In this document: piece by piece, positions 18,915 to 26,390 of the stretch
How positions within the stretch are numbered: position 1 is the first letter of the stretch
How the letters are laid out: each line of letters starts with the position of its first letter
Source of the DNA: a virus
Lineage: Duplodnaviria; Caudoviricetes
Direction: 5' to 3' (one strand)
IMG/VR virus record: IMGVR_UViG_3300020045_004042
Span: 1-39,700 of that record
Length of the DNA stretch: 39,700 nt
The notes under the pieces: generated by a model
Told to the model about the DNA's origin: nothing
The model's input: the letters and a program-made list of their open reading frames with translations, nothing else
The model's database searches: none
Program-made: the position numbers and the translations under genes

Positions 18915-20304
18915 GTCTTGCCCTCATGCGGTCTAAATGCTGTTTTGTGATATCACCCATGCGTATCGATTGTATTGATTTGTTAATCAGGCCATGATCC
19001 ACTGGGATCGGTGCCGGCTGATCGTGCGCCTCACGCCATACTAACGACAGATAGCGCCACGCGTCGGCAGCGTGTGACGACCAGTCATGTTCCGGTGCTT
19101 TCGTGAAACATTTTTTTTCGTCGTCATATTTGTGGTGATAATGGCGCAATGCCTCCAGGCCGTCCTGACATTTAACAGAATCGAAACTACAAGCCGGGAA
19201 TGTTGCCCTGCCTGCCTGTATGCCCTGCTCTATGGAGACATTGGGCACCCGCTTGACCTTGCCTAGGCGGCCATGGGTTAGCTCGATAAACTGTTGCGCT
19301 ATGGTTTTGCCGCCCGCCGCTAAATGAGCGGCAAATGCGTCATGAGGTAGCCATTGCGAACTGTACAGATAAGGTTTGTCAGTCAAAATATTGACATAAT
19401 ACTCGATTGACCTATGGTTAGACTCATGGTAGTCGATAACGTTGATTTGCCTGCCGATCACCTGGAAAAACCATATCGCCGTTGCGTCTGAATTGCCGAG
19501 GTCATAAACGCAATTGACGGGGTACCGGTCATTGTAGGGTAACTCACGAATTGCACCGTTGGCCTGTAATTTGGCTATGCAATCCGCCCAAATAGCGCCT
19601 ATCTGTGCGGCGTCAAACGATACCATATACTCTTGCTGATACATTGCCTCACCGAAATCCTCACCGTATTGAGCGTGTAGCTCCTCCCGGATACGCTGTA
19701 ACTGGTCGTCGGCAAAAACCCCGGTATTAGTCACGTCACGGCAATCGTAAAACCAATCGTGGTTATCCTGTGCCATTAGACAGAGGCGGTAAAAATGATT
19801 TTTACCCCGTGGCGTGCTATTAAACCCTGCCCAGCCGTTATTTTCCTCGACAATCGGCATTAGATATGCCCAGGCCGACGGATTGCTAATGGCATACTCA
19901 GAAAACACTAATCCAACGGGCGGCGAACCTACCAAACTATCGTAGTTATCAGCTCCAACTAATTGTATAGTTGAGCCGACTTTTAGCGTTATCCGCATTT
20001 CTTGCTGATTTGTGGACGCCCGCAATATCTCCGGCACGATTGTGTCCAGTCGTTTTTTGCCGGTCTGTGGGTTAATGGCGTCCCACATGGATTTTCTGGC
20101 CTGTGCGTACTCGGGGAGCATGTACCAATAGTTTCCAACCCTCTCATGAGCCGCTATGCACATGTGATTGAGATACACGTCGTCTTTGCCAGCCCGCCGG
20201 TGATAACGGACTACTGAGCGTTTACCGCCTGATTGCAGGTAGTCCCATAATGGCCGCTGATATGATCGTGGCGTCCAGTTATTGGGTAGCGTGACGTTAA
20301 TCAC
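18904..20304 (-). CDS. terL: Terminase large subunit
   Basis: HRRAGKD Walker A, LVFSEY Walker B, STPRG, YDLG..D nuclease and HDWSSHAADAWRY. Confidence 0.95.
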   Translation of the reverse strand: MINVTLPNNWTPRSYQRPLWDYLQSGGKRSVVRYHRRAGKDDVYLNHMCIAAHERVGNYWYMLPEYAQARKSMWDAINPQTGKKRLDTIVPEILRASTNQQEMRITLKVGSTIQLVGADNYDSLVGSPPVGLVFSEYAISNPSAWAYLMPIVEENNGWAGFNSTPRGKNHFYRLCLMAQDNHDWFYDCRDVTNTGVFADDQLQRIREELHAQYGEDFGEAMYQQEYMVSFDAAQIGAIWADCIAKLQANGAIRELPYNDRYPVNCVYDLGNSDATAIWFFQVIGRQINVIDYHESNHRSIEYYVNILTDKPYLYSSQWLPHDAFAAHLAAGGKTIAQQFIELTHGRLGKVKRVPNVSIEQGIQAGRATFPACSFDSVKCQDGLEALRHYHHKYDDEKKCFTKAPEHDWSSHAADAWRYLSLVWREAHDQPAPIPVDHGLINKSIQSIRMGDITKQHLDRMRARREQ

Positions 20305-20366
20305 AAAATATATTAACTATATTGTCAATGATCGTTACGATTAGATCGATTATGTCCATAATGCAC

Positions 20367-20654
20367 CTATTGTTTACCCCCCTCCGATTGAGGGGTGCGA
20401 TAGATTATAACATTAATTGATCCGTCCACAGAACCGCTATGCTCAACCGCTTTTAACTGCGGGGCTAGATATTTGAGCAAATCGGTATAGATTCTAGCAG
20501 CAAGCGCGTCGTCTATGCCCTCCGCGCGTTTTGCAATATCAACTAATCGTTCGTCTGGTTTGCAACCCATTGCGGCAATTCGTTCTGACACATTAAATCT
20601 AGTGCCGCTCAACGCACCCTTTTTACGACCTGATTTTCCCGCTACGCCTGCCAT
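20367..20654 (-). CDS. terS: Terminase small subunit
   Basis: SGRKKG N-terminus and LLKYLAPQLKAVEHSG; upstream of terL. Confidence 0.75.
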   Translation of the reverse strand: MAGVAGKSGRKKGALSGTRFNVSERIAAMGCKPDERLVDIAKRAEGIDDALAARIYTDLLKYLAPQLKAVEHSGSVDGSINVIIYRTPQSEGGKQ

Positions 20655-20904
20655 TTTTTTAATTTATAAACTGTTGATTTACAATTGACCGAATTATGAC
20701 TTGATTATATACCAATAGTTTACAATCAAATCAAGTTTTTGTTTTTACGCAATCATTGCGCTGTTATTCCAACACTGTTTATATTTTTATAGTTCCATTT
20801 CAATTACTTAGTATTTATAGAAATATAAAACTATACAATTAATCAAAAATATGAAATACTATAGCCGTATTCAACAATTAACTTTTACCTAACTGGAGAC
20901 GAAC
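20655..20904. promoter_or_regulatory. AT-rich divergent control region between late (-) and early (+) arms
   Basis: Non-coding, very AT-rich, strand switch point. Confidence 0.65.
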
Positions 20905-21141
20905 ATGATTAGTGAAATAGATATGAAAGTTGTTGAAATGCAACGCATGGTAAGAAGAAATGGATATTCTTTACAAGTTTCAAGGAAAGGCCCCTCTTTT
21001 ACAGCATCGGTTTGGAACGGAGTAACGCAGCATGTTTGTTGTAAGGCTACGGGGCACGATAACCGTTTAGATGCAGCAAATGATGCATGGGATCAATTTA
21101 AAATTATTGCTAATGAATTAGACATTAAATTAACCGCTTAA
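20905..21141 (+). CDS. Hypothetical early protein
   Basis: 78 aa, GGAG RBS. Confidence 0.75.
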   Translation: MISEIDMKVVEMQRMVRRNGYSLQVSRKGPSFTASVWNGVTQHVCCKATGHDNRLDAANDAWDQFKIIANELDIKLTA

Positions 21142-21157
21142 CTACCTGGAGACTAAA

Positions 21158-21349
21158 ATGATCGGACTAAATGAAGCTAAAATGCACCTTAAATCAACTT
21201 TTGATAGCGCTTTTACCAAAAAATCAGGAACTAAAAAACAAAGGGCTGCAATGGCAAAATTTTGTTGCAGTAGGGTTCCAACTGAACAACAAGATTCCAT
21301 ATTATTATTATTGTGGGCGACTGACTATGCTAATAAATGGGTGAAATAG
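21158..21349 (+). CDS. Hypothetical early protein
   Basis: 63 aa, GGAG RBS. Confidence 0.7.
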   Translation: MIGLNEAKMHLKSTFDSAFTKKSGTKKQRAAMAKFCCSRVPTEQQDSILLLLWATDYANKWVK

Positions 21350-21370
21350 TTGACTTAAACTACGCATAAA

Positions 21371-21571
21371 ATGAAAACCTACAAAACAAAAATCAATGAC
21401 GTTGGCCTTATAGTTCAATACAACATGGATGCTGATGAATACGGGCCATTTTGTAACCTCATGAATATTTCAGCGGCTGATTCAGATATCGACATTATGG
21501 ATATATTAGACGAATCCGTTAAAATTGAAATAGAGGCCAATATTGAACACTATGAAAAACACGGAGCATGA
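21371..21571 (+). CDS. Small acidic hypothetical protein
   Basis: 66 aa, D/E-rich. Confidence 0.65.
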   Translation: MKTYKTKINDVGLIVQYNMDADEYGPFCNLMNISAADSDIDIMDILDESVKIEIEANIEHYEKHGA

Positions 21572-21572
21572 A

Positions 21573-21719
21573 ATGAAATACCTAATCACAGCATACAGGC
21601 CAATAAACGGATTACTGATAAAAGTCTGGTCAGCGGCCAATCTAACAGAACGCGATATGCTCGACCTGACTACCGGATCACCCTATATGATAGTAGTTGA
21701 GACAATGCTACCTATATAA
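21573..21719 (+). CDS. Small hypothetical protein (48 aa)
   Basis: MKYLITAYRPING...; GGAG upstream; fills the gap between neighbours. Confidence 0.55.
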   Translation: MKYLITAYRPINGLLIKVWSAANLTERDMLDLTTGSPYMIVVETMLPI

Positions 21720-21745
21720 ATTATAACACAATTGGAGATAACACT

Positions 21746-22075
21746 ATGAACGCAAAACAATTTTTCACACCACGCGAAAAGTCGAACGACTTTTTCATTG
21801 CCTATAACAATAGGAAAAATACCATAGCGGACGTTTTTGCCGCGTATGACACGCCTATCCAATACCTCATGCCCGATCAAATGCCGGAATTTGTCAACCC
21901 CTGCGTTAGAAATGATATTGCAAAATCAGACCAATACTACAATTACGTTTTAAACCGGTTAAAACTTTTAGTTTCTATTGGCGTTCCGACAGAAACAGAA
22001 ATCAGAAAAATATGGCCATTTATTTTGCATTTTGAAGAATGGCTCAAACTTAACCCGTGGGGATTGCTGTCATGA
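21746..22075 (+). CDS. Hypothetical early protein
   Basis: 109 aa, GGAG RBS at 21734. Confidence 0.75.
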   Translation: MNAKQFFTPREKSNDFFIAYNNRKNTIADVFAAYDTPIQYLMPDQMPEFVNPCVRNDIAKSDQYYNYVLNRLKLLVSIGVPTETEIRKIWPFILHFEEWLKLNPWGLLS

Positions 22076-22248
22076 ACCAAATCTATTTTTCAGCGTATCA
22101 GGTCGAAAAAGCCCGCCGCGCTGCCTTAGCCGCTCAAGAAGCCGAAATAGCCGCTTATGAACGCCGTGGGGCTTGTTATCTGGCATGGATTATTTACCTA
22201 TCAGTTATTATGGCTATTACATTTTTTGGATTTTTAATCGGGGAATAA
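22072..22248 (+). CDS. Small membrane protein
   Basis: MNQIYF... ATGA-coupled start; C-terminal TM helix. Confidence 0.6.
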   Translation: MNQIYFSAYQVEKARRAALAAQEAEIAAYERRGACYLAWIIYLSVIMAITFFGFLIGE

Positions 22249-22249
22249 C

Positions 22250-22405
22250 ATGACTAATGATGACGGCAAAAAACTATATGAGCTAGACTGCATAAAACGA
22301 CCAACTTACCACGACGGAGCTAAACGCAAAGCGTGGTCTCAATTGTCTACAATAGCAAAATGGTCTTGGTGCAGGACACTGTTAAAAGTGCCCAACGCGG
22401 AATAA
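22250..22405 (+). CDS. Small hypothetical protein (51 aa) ending in a degenerate att arm
   Basis: MTNDDGKKLYELDCIKRPTYHDGAKRKAWSQL...PNAE*. Confidence 0.6.
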   Translation: MTNDDGKKLYELDCIKRPTYHDGAKRKAWSQLSTIAKWSWCRTLLKVPNAE

Positions 22406-22590
22406 CGCAATTAGATAAACCGTTGCCGGCGCGGGCATGTGTGCCGGATGCAACCCAGCGGATTATGGTGGCATCATAGAAAAAATAACCGCGCACCATT
22501 GGCCGGGAAATCCTGGATTAGTGCTCCAGGCTGTCATAATGAGCCTCCGACCCGGTGCAATGGAACCAATAATATTTTTTTGTTTATGTA

Positions 22591-22618
22591 TTGACATTTA
22601 TTTATTTTGGTATATACT
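22591..22618 (+). promoter_or_regulatory. Sigma70-type promoter
   Basis: TTGACA-16-TATACT with an upstream T-rich tract. Confidence 0.7.
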
Positions 22619-22655
22619 ATAATCAACTTAACAAGAAATCAATCGGTGACACCCC

Positions 22656-22871
22656 ATGAACACAGAACAATTAAAATCAAAACTTGAAAACAAAATAGCC
22701 TTTCTTGATACATCGATGCTCTTGACAATTTGCAAAGAAATGAACCTAAAAACAGAGCCAGAAGAAATAATAATAAGCACGATGGTTGAAAGAGAGCTAG
22801 AAAAACGCCTAAGCACTCGCGATTTTTTAGCGTTAATGAATGAATTAGAAGCTGAACTGGACGCCGCATGA
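22656..22871 (+). CDS. Hypothetical helical protein
   Basis: 71 aa directly behind the promoter. Confidence 0.7.
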   Translation: MNTEQLKSKLENKIAFLDTSMLLTICKEMNLKTEPEEIIISTMVERELEKRLSTRDFLALMNELEAELDAA

Positions 22872-23071
22872 GCCACGGAGGCAAAAGAACAGGAGCAGGC
22901 CGCCCGCCTGCTTCTGTTGAACTAAAAAAACGTATGATTAGTATTCGGCTTCCTGGATGGTTACTAACCTGGATGGATAGCCAGAAAAACACTAACCGCG
23001 CAGTTTTAATCGAAGACGCGCTTAAAAAAGTGCATGAAATTGAACCGCCACACAATGTAGATGAAAAATGA
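22868..23071 (+). CDS. AT-hook plus ribbon-helix-helix DNA-binding protein
   Basis: HGGKRTGAGRPP followed by ISIRLP...NRAVLIEDAL. Confidence 0.7.
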   Translation: MSHGGKRTGAGRPPASVELKKRMISIRLPGWLLTWMDSQKNTNRAVLIEDALKKVHEIEPPHNVDEK

Positions 23072-23184
23072 ACGATGAAACAGAATGCTGCCTATGCGGC
23101 GAAACAATTGAAAATGGCAGTTATTGCGAGGATTGCCGTGACTCAGGTGACCTGGAAGACATTTTTGAGGAATTATTATGCTAA
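23068..23184 (+). CDS. Small zinc-finger protein (38 aa)
   Basis: MNDETECCLCGETIENGSYCEDCRDSG..., two CxxC. Confidence 0.6.
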   Translation: MNDETECCLCGETIENGSYCEDCRDSGDLEDIFEELLC

Positions 23185-23609
23185 TATCAATGAGACAATT
23201 TGCACGCATGGCCGGTATTAACCGGTACAGATTAGAGGTAATTTACGATATGCGACTGGTAAATGGGTTACCGGATAGATTTAAAGGGGATTGGAGAGGT
23301 TACAAGGTTTTTGGTGATCTCGCGGTAGAATTTCTCATAAAAAACGATCTCAAAACAGTTCGAACCACGTTTTACAAAAAACGCAACCCGAAACCGAAAA
23401 AATCCAAATATACACCAAGCATGCTGTTTTTGAAATCTATGGTAGATCGGACATATCACCAAAAACCCCACGAAACAGTAACACCCTATCGTGAAACGCT
23501 TGAGGAGCTACACACGGAATATAACAGGGCTGTCAACACTATTTCAGGGTTTTCAACGTATGGCGGCGAATTTAAACAGCCCCATACATTGGATTTTTCA
23601 TTCGTATGA
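23178..23609 (+). CDS. Hypothetical protein, possible N-terminal HTH
   Basis: MLISMRQFARMAGINRYRL; GAGG RBS. Confidence 0.6.
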   Translation: MLISMRQFARMAGINRYRLEVIYDMRLVNGLPDRFKGDWRGYKVFGDLAVEFLIKNDLKTVRTTFYKKRNPKPKKSKYTPSMLFLKSMVDRTYHQKPHETVTPYRETLEELHTEYNRAVNTISGFSTYGGEFKQPHTLDFSFV

Positions 23610-23767
23610 AATCGGCAATGGTTAGAGACGCGGAATGGCTGCTTGAAAATGGCCTAAAACACATTGATCCAGCTAGGTTTTGCGACTGGGTTACAAGGCT
23701 TTGGCATGACGGCATGTCTGAAAATGAGGCTAGGCTTTTTGTTTTAGAGCAAATGTTTAATGATTAG
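23606..23767 (+). CDS. Small hypothetical protein (53 aa)
   Basis: MKSAMVRDAEWLL...DGMSENEAR; ATGA-coupled. Confidence 0.6.
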   Translation: MKSAMVRDAEWLLENGLKHIDPARFCDWVTRLWHDGMSENEARLFVLEQMFND

Positions 23768-23787
23768 AATTGTAATATGCAACAGGA

Positions 23788-24006
23788 GTGAACGTGAACA
23801 TATACTTAGCAATGAAACACCCTGAACACCCGTACCAGCACGGCACGCATACCGAAGCCGGCACAGTTGAGAAGGCTTTTTATGACCGAAAAGCCGCTCA
23901 ATGTTTTGTTGACGATAAGAACACGCGTTCTTTAGCCAAATTATGGTCTGTGAAGGCTAAGAAGATTGATGGTGCATATGACAAAATAAAATTGAGGAAA
24001 ACATGA
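23788..24006 (+). CDS. Hypothetical protein
   Basis: About 72 aa, GTG start with AGGAG RBS. Confidence 0.65.
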   Translation: MNVNIYLAMKHPEHPYQHGTHTEAGTVEKAFYDRKAAQCFVDDKNTRSLAKLWSVKAKKIDGAYDKIKLRKT

Positions 24007-24230
24007 ATAAGGACCTTATTATTGAAGCGCTTGAGGCATTAATCGAAAAGAAAACGGCTGATATAGCGGAGATTTCTTTAGACAATAATTACCATTTCTC
24101 GGTATGGACTGCACTTATTGATTACATAGGCCAAAGAGGTGGCAAAAAAGAAATTAACGAAGCAACGGCCATGCTAAACGCTGACCATAAAAAACGACTG
24201 CAACGATATATAGATGAAAACGCTGCGTAA
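24003..24230 (+). CDS. Hypothetical protein
   Basis: 75 aa, GAGG RBS. Confidence 0.7.
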   Translation: MNKDLIIEALEALIEKKTADIAEISLDNNYHFSVWTALIDYIGQRGGKKEINEATAMLNADHKKRLQRYIDENAA

Positions 24231-24259
24231 TAACAGCGCATTAAATGACGGGGGTATAC
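24228..24259 (-). repeat. Decayed, internally deleted attC-like site
   Basis: TAATAAC..TTAAATGACGGGGGTATAC resembles the TTGAATGACGGGTTATAC arm of intact sites. Confidence 0.5.
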
Positions 24260-24263
24260 AATA

Positions 24264-24407
24264 ATGACTATTGATTTCAACGATTGGGAATATCACAAAA
24301 ACACACTAAAACCTATTTTCGGCAACCGAAAAAACTGGTATAGATTTTGTATTATCATGCAAAGATTGAGAATGAAAATAATGCTAGGTGTTACTATGTC
24401 GCGCTAG
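24264..24407 (+). CDS. Small hypothetical protein (47 aa)
   Basis: MTIDFNDWEYHKNTLKPIFG...; starts just after the decayed att arm. Confidence 0.5.
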   Translation: MTIDFNDWEYHKNTLKPIFGNRKNWYRFCIIMQRLRMKIMLGVTMSR

Positions 24408-24490
24408 TAAATCCTGTTAAACAATAGGTAGCGCGGCGCCCTTTTAAACGCCATGACAGAGGGCGTTAATACTCTGTTATCTCCTAACTT

Positions 24491-24517
24491 GCCCGGTGTT
24501 ATAACCGGGCTTTTTTT
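24491..24517 (+). terminator. Rho-independent terminator
   Basis: GCCCGGT-GTTATA-ACCGGGC followed by T7. Confidence 0.85.
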
Positions 24518-24523
24518 AACCCC

Positions 24524-24751
24524 ATGGACAGCGCAATGAGTGAGAAATTAACAAAAACGGCACTAAAAAACGAATTGACGCGGCGTATAGATAGGTTTGA
24601 ATCTATGTACCAATTCGGGGAAGGTAAGCCATGGCTTACACCCACGCCTGAAAACTCGCATTTATACGTAATGTATGGCCGATATTGCGCACTGAAAGAA
24701 ATGCGGTGGCAAATTAAAAACGGGTTGTTTATCCATGGGTTCAGTTTATAA
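24524..24751 (+). CDS. Hypothetical protein
   Basis: 75 aa; stop codon abuts a truncated att site. Confidence 0.65.
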   Translation: MDSAMSEKLTKTALKNELTRRIDRFESMYQFGEGKPWLTPTPENSHLYVMYGRYCALKEMRWQIKNGLFIHGFSL

Positions 24752-24770
24752 TCTAAACTAAGAGTTATAC
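24746..24770 (-). repeat. Truncated attC-like site
   Basis: AACTAAGAGTTATACA (24756-24771) is identical to 34347-34362 of an intact site. Confidence 0.65.
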
Positions 24771-24785
24771 ACGAGGTTTAAGGAA

Positions 24786-24965
24786 ATGCTTAGATATTTA
24801 ATGAAACATACGTTTAGAGATAAATACAACGGCTGTGAAGGTGTTGATTATTACACGATTGATGGCGATGCAGAACAAGTTGAGCATAGACTGAGAAGCG
24901 GAGGACGTGACGAAGAAAGCCACGAACGACACGAGCTTATAAATGTGGAAGTTTTAGATGTATAA
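24786..24965 (+). CDS. Cassette-borne hypothetical protein (59 aa)
   Basis: MLRYLMKHTFRDKYNGCEG...EVLDV*; flanked by GTTATAC and GTATAAC. Confidence 0.7.
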   Translation: MLRYLMKHTFRDKYNGCEGVDYYTIDGDAEQVEHRLRSGGRDEESHERHELINVEVLDV

Positions 24966-24995
24966 CGCGAAATAGACACCTAATCGGTGTATAAC
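24960..24995 (-). repeat. Array-terminal attI-like site, copy 1
   Basis: GTATAAC-GCGAAATAG-ACACCTAATCGGTGTATAA, 32/35 identical to 35715-35749. Confidence 0.6.
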
Positions 24996-25025
24996 AAATT
25001 ATTATGTTTTTTGTACTGGATCAAA

Positions 25026-25253
25026 ATGAATGGAATAGTAACCTGCGGACAATGCCGTCATTTTATCAGGCCTGAACCCAGATTCGAACCGAACAGCATG
25101 GGTTCGTGTGGGCTGTATGACGACTGGAGAGCCAAGTGGGGCGGTAAAACTATCCCGCTTCAGGCCGATAACCGGGTTAATGCTGAGCTGGGGAATAAGA
25201 TGTTTTTTACGGATATTGAGCGGTATTGTACAAAATTTCATAGCTTGATATAA
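25026..25253 (+). CDS. Cys-rich hypothetical protein
   Basis: VTCGQCRHF...GSC...RYC. Confidence 0.65.
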   Translation: MNGIVTCGQCRHFIRPEPRFEPNSMGSCGLYDDWRAKWGGKTIPLQADNRVNAELGNKMFFTDIERYCTKFHSLI

Positions 25254-25254
25254 T
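25226..25254 (+). promoter_or_regulatory. Sigma70 promoter of the replication operon
   Basis: TTGTAC-17-TATAAT with extended -10 TG. Confidence 0.75.
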
Positions 25255-25259
25255 TAAAC

Positions 25260-25360
25260 TGTTTTTGGTGTACCGAGTGCGAAACGTTAAACCAAAAACA
25301 TTAGTTTTTATATTAAACCCCGTAACTTCATTGTTCGCACCAATGAGGCCGGGGTTTTTT
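25260..25360 (+). ncRNA. Structured leader RNA: two hairpins with complementary loops, ending in a terminator
   Basis: Stem 25260-69/25291-300; loop GTGCGAA is complementary to loop TTCGCAC (25334-40) of the hairpin AAACCCCG...CGGGGTTTTTT. Confidence 0.65.
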
Positions 25361-25368
25361 ATTGGGAT

Positions 25369-25650
25369 TTGAAAATGAATAAGCAAGAATTAATTAGCAG
25401 GATAAATAAATCGAAATATTTAACAGCAAGTTGCTGGAGCACTTATCAGAAAGACGGAGATATCAATTGTATTTGGCTTCGCCCTAAAAATCATATGGGG
25501 CCATATTTTAATACATGGTGGGCCGATGATGAAAGATATGATCATACTCGAACATTATTCATAAAATGGCTAGATTCAGTTGGTTGGTGGATAGATATTG
25601 AAGATTACGGAACCTATATGCTAATCCATCAATGGAACAATAATGTATGA
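25369..25650 (+). CDS. Hypothetical Trp-rich protein
   Basis: About 91-93 aa, first gene after the leader, coupled to the initiator. Confidence 0.7.
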   Translation: MKMNKQELISRINKSKYLTASCWSTYQKDGDINCIWLRPKNHMGPYFNTWWADDERYDHTRTLFIKWLDSVGWWIDIEDYGTYMLIHQWNNNV

Positions 25651-26390
25651 GCGGTTGGATTTGCTTACATCGAGAAATAACAGATCATTGGATATGGACT
25701 GATTCAGAAAAATTAAAAGCGTGGGTTGACATGATTCTGCTAGCGAATCACGAAGATAAAAAGTTTCTTATAAAAGGCCAATTATTAGAATGCAAAAGAG
25801 GTCAGCTTGCATATAGTCAGGAATCTTTAGGTGAGCGCTGGAAATGGACTCGAGGAAAAGTTAGAAATTTTTTAAATATTTTAGAAAAAGACTCAATGAT
25901 TACGCACAAAAGCAACCATCTAACAACTATCATAACTATATGTAATTACAACAAATTCCAAGACAAACAACCAGATGAACAACCAGCTGAAAGCCAGCTG
26001 ACCGACATCTCAACGCCAGCTGAAAGCCAGCTGACCGACACAAACAACAATGTAAACAACTATAACAACTATAACAATGAAAACAATAAATATATATATA
26101 CTGAAAAATCTTCCCGAAAAGAAAAAAAACAAACAGAAATTGACTTACTGCATTCGGCCGGAATAGATGGAGAAATAGCAATTGATTTTATAACTCACAG
26201 AAAAGCTAAATCAGCCCCTATTACAAAAACGGTTATCGATGGTTATGCAAGAGAGGCTAAAAAAGCAAACATATCGCTAATCGATGCGGTACGGATTAGC
26301 ATTGAACGTGGATGGAGAGGGTTTAAAGCGGATTGGTTAAAAGAGGAAGCGCCAGAACCAAAAAAACCACATAGGGTTATATGGCAATGA
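25647..26390 (+). CDS. Replication initiator (lambda O-like)
   Basis: GWICLHREITDHWIW...KRGQ...ITICNYNKFQ N-domain, repeat linker, SIERGWRGF C-domain; upstream of the helicase. Confidence 0.85.
   Translation: MSGWICLHREITDHWIWTDSEKLKAWVDMILLANHEDKKFLIKGQLLECKRGQLAYSQESLGERWKWTRGKVRNFLNILEKDSMITHKSNHLTTIITICNYNKFQDKQPDEQPAESQLTDISTPAESQLTDTNNNVNNYNNYNNENNKYIYTEKSSRKEKKQTEIDLLHSAGIDGEIAIDFITHRKAKSAPITKTVIDGYAREAKKANISLIDAVRISIERGWRGFKADWLKEEAPEPKKPHRVIWQ
25971..26135 (+). repeat. Putative replication origin: iterons plus AT-rich tract
   Basis: 25-bp direct repeat 25983-26007/26016-26040; five CCAG(C/A)TGA units; A/T-rich run follows. Confidence 0.75.

Noticed and set aside
896-20217. Plus-strand ORFs in the ORF track within the structural arm (e.g. 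5114-5605, 8645-9043, 14650-15030)
   Set aside because: They are antisense shadows of long minus-strand genes, with no convincing RBS or motifs.
22437-22622. 61-aa ORF in the track
   Set aside because: It has no RBS and runs through a hairpin region and the downstream promoter; probably non-coding.
24984-25011. Bona fide dif site for XerCD-mediated integration
   Set aside because: The spacer is 7 bp, the XerD arm is poor (TTATGTTTTTT), and the second copy at 35739 lacks the spacer. Kept only as an alternative reading of the terminal motif.
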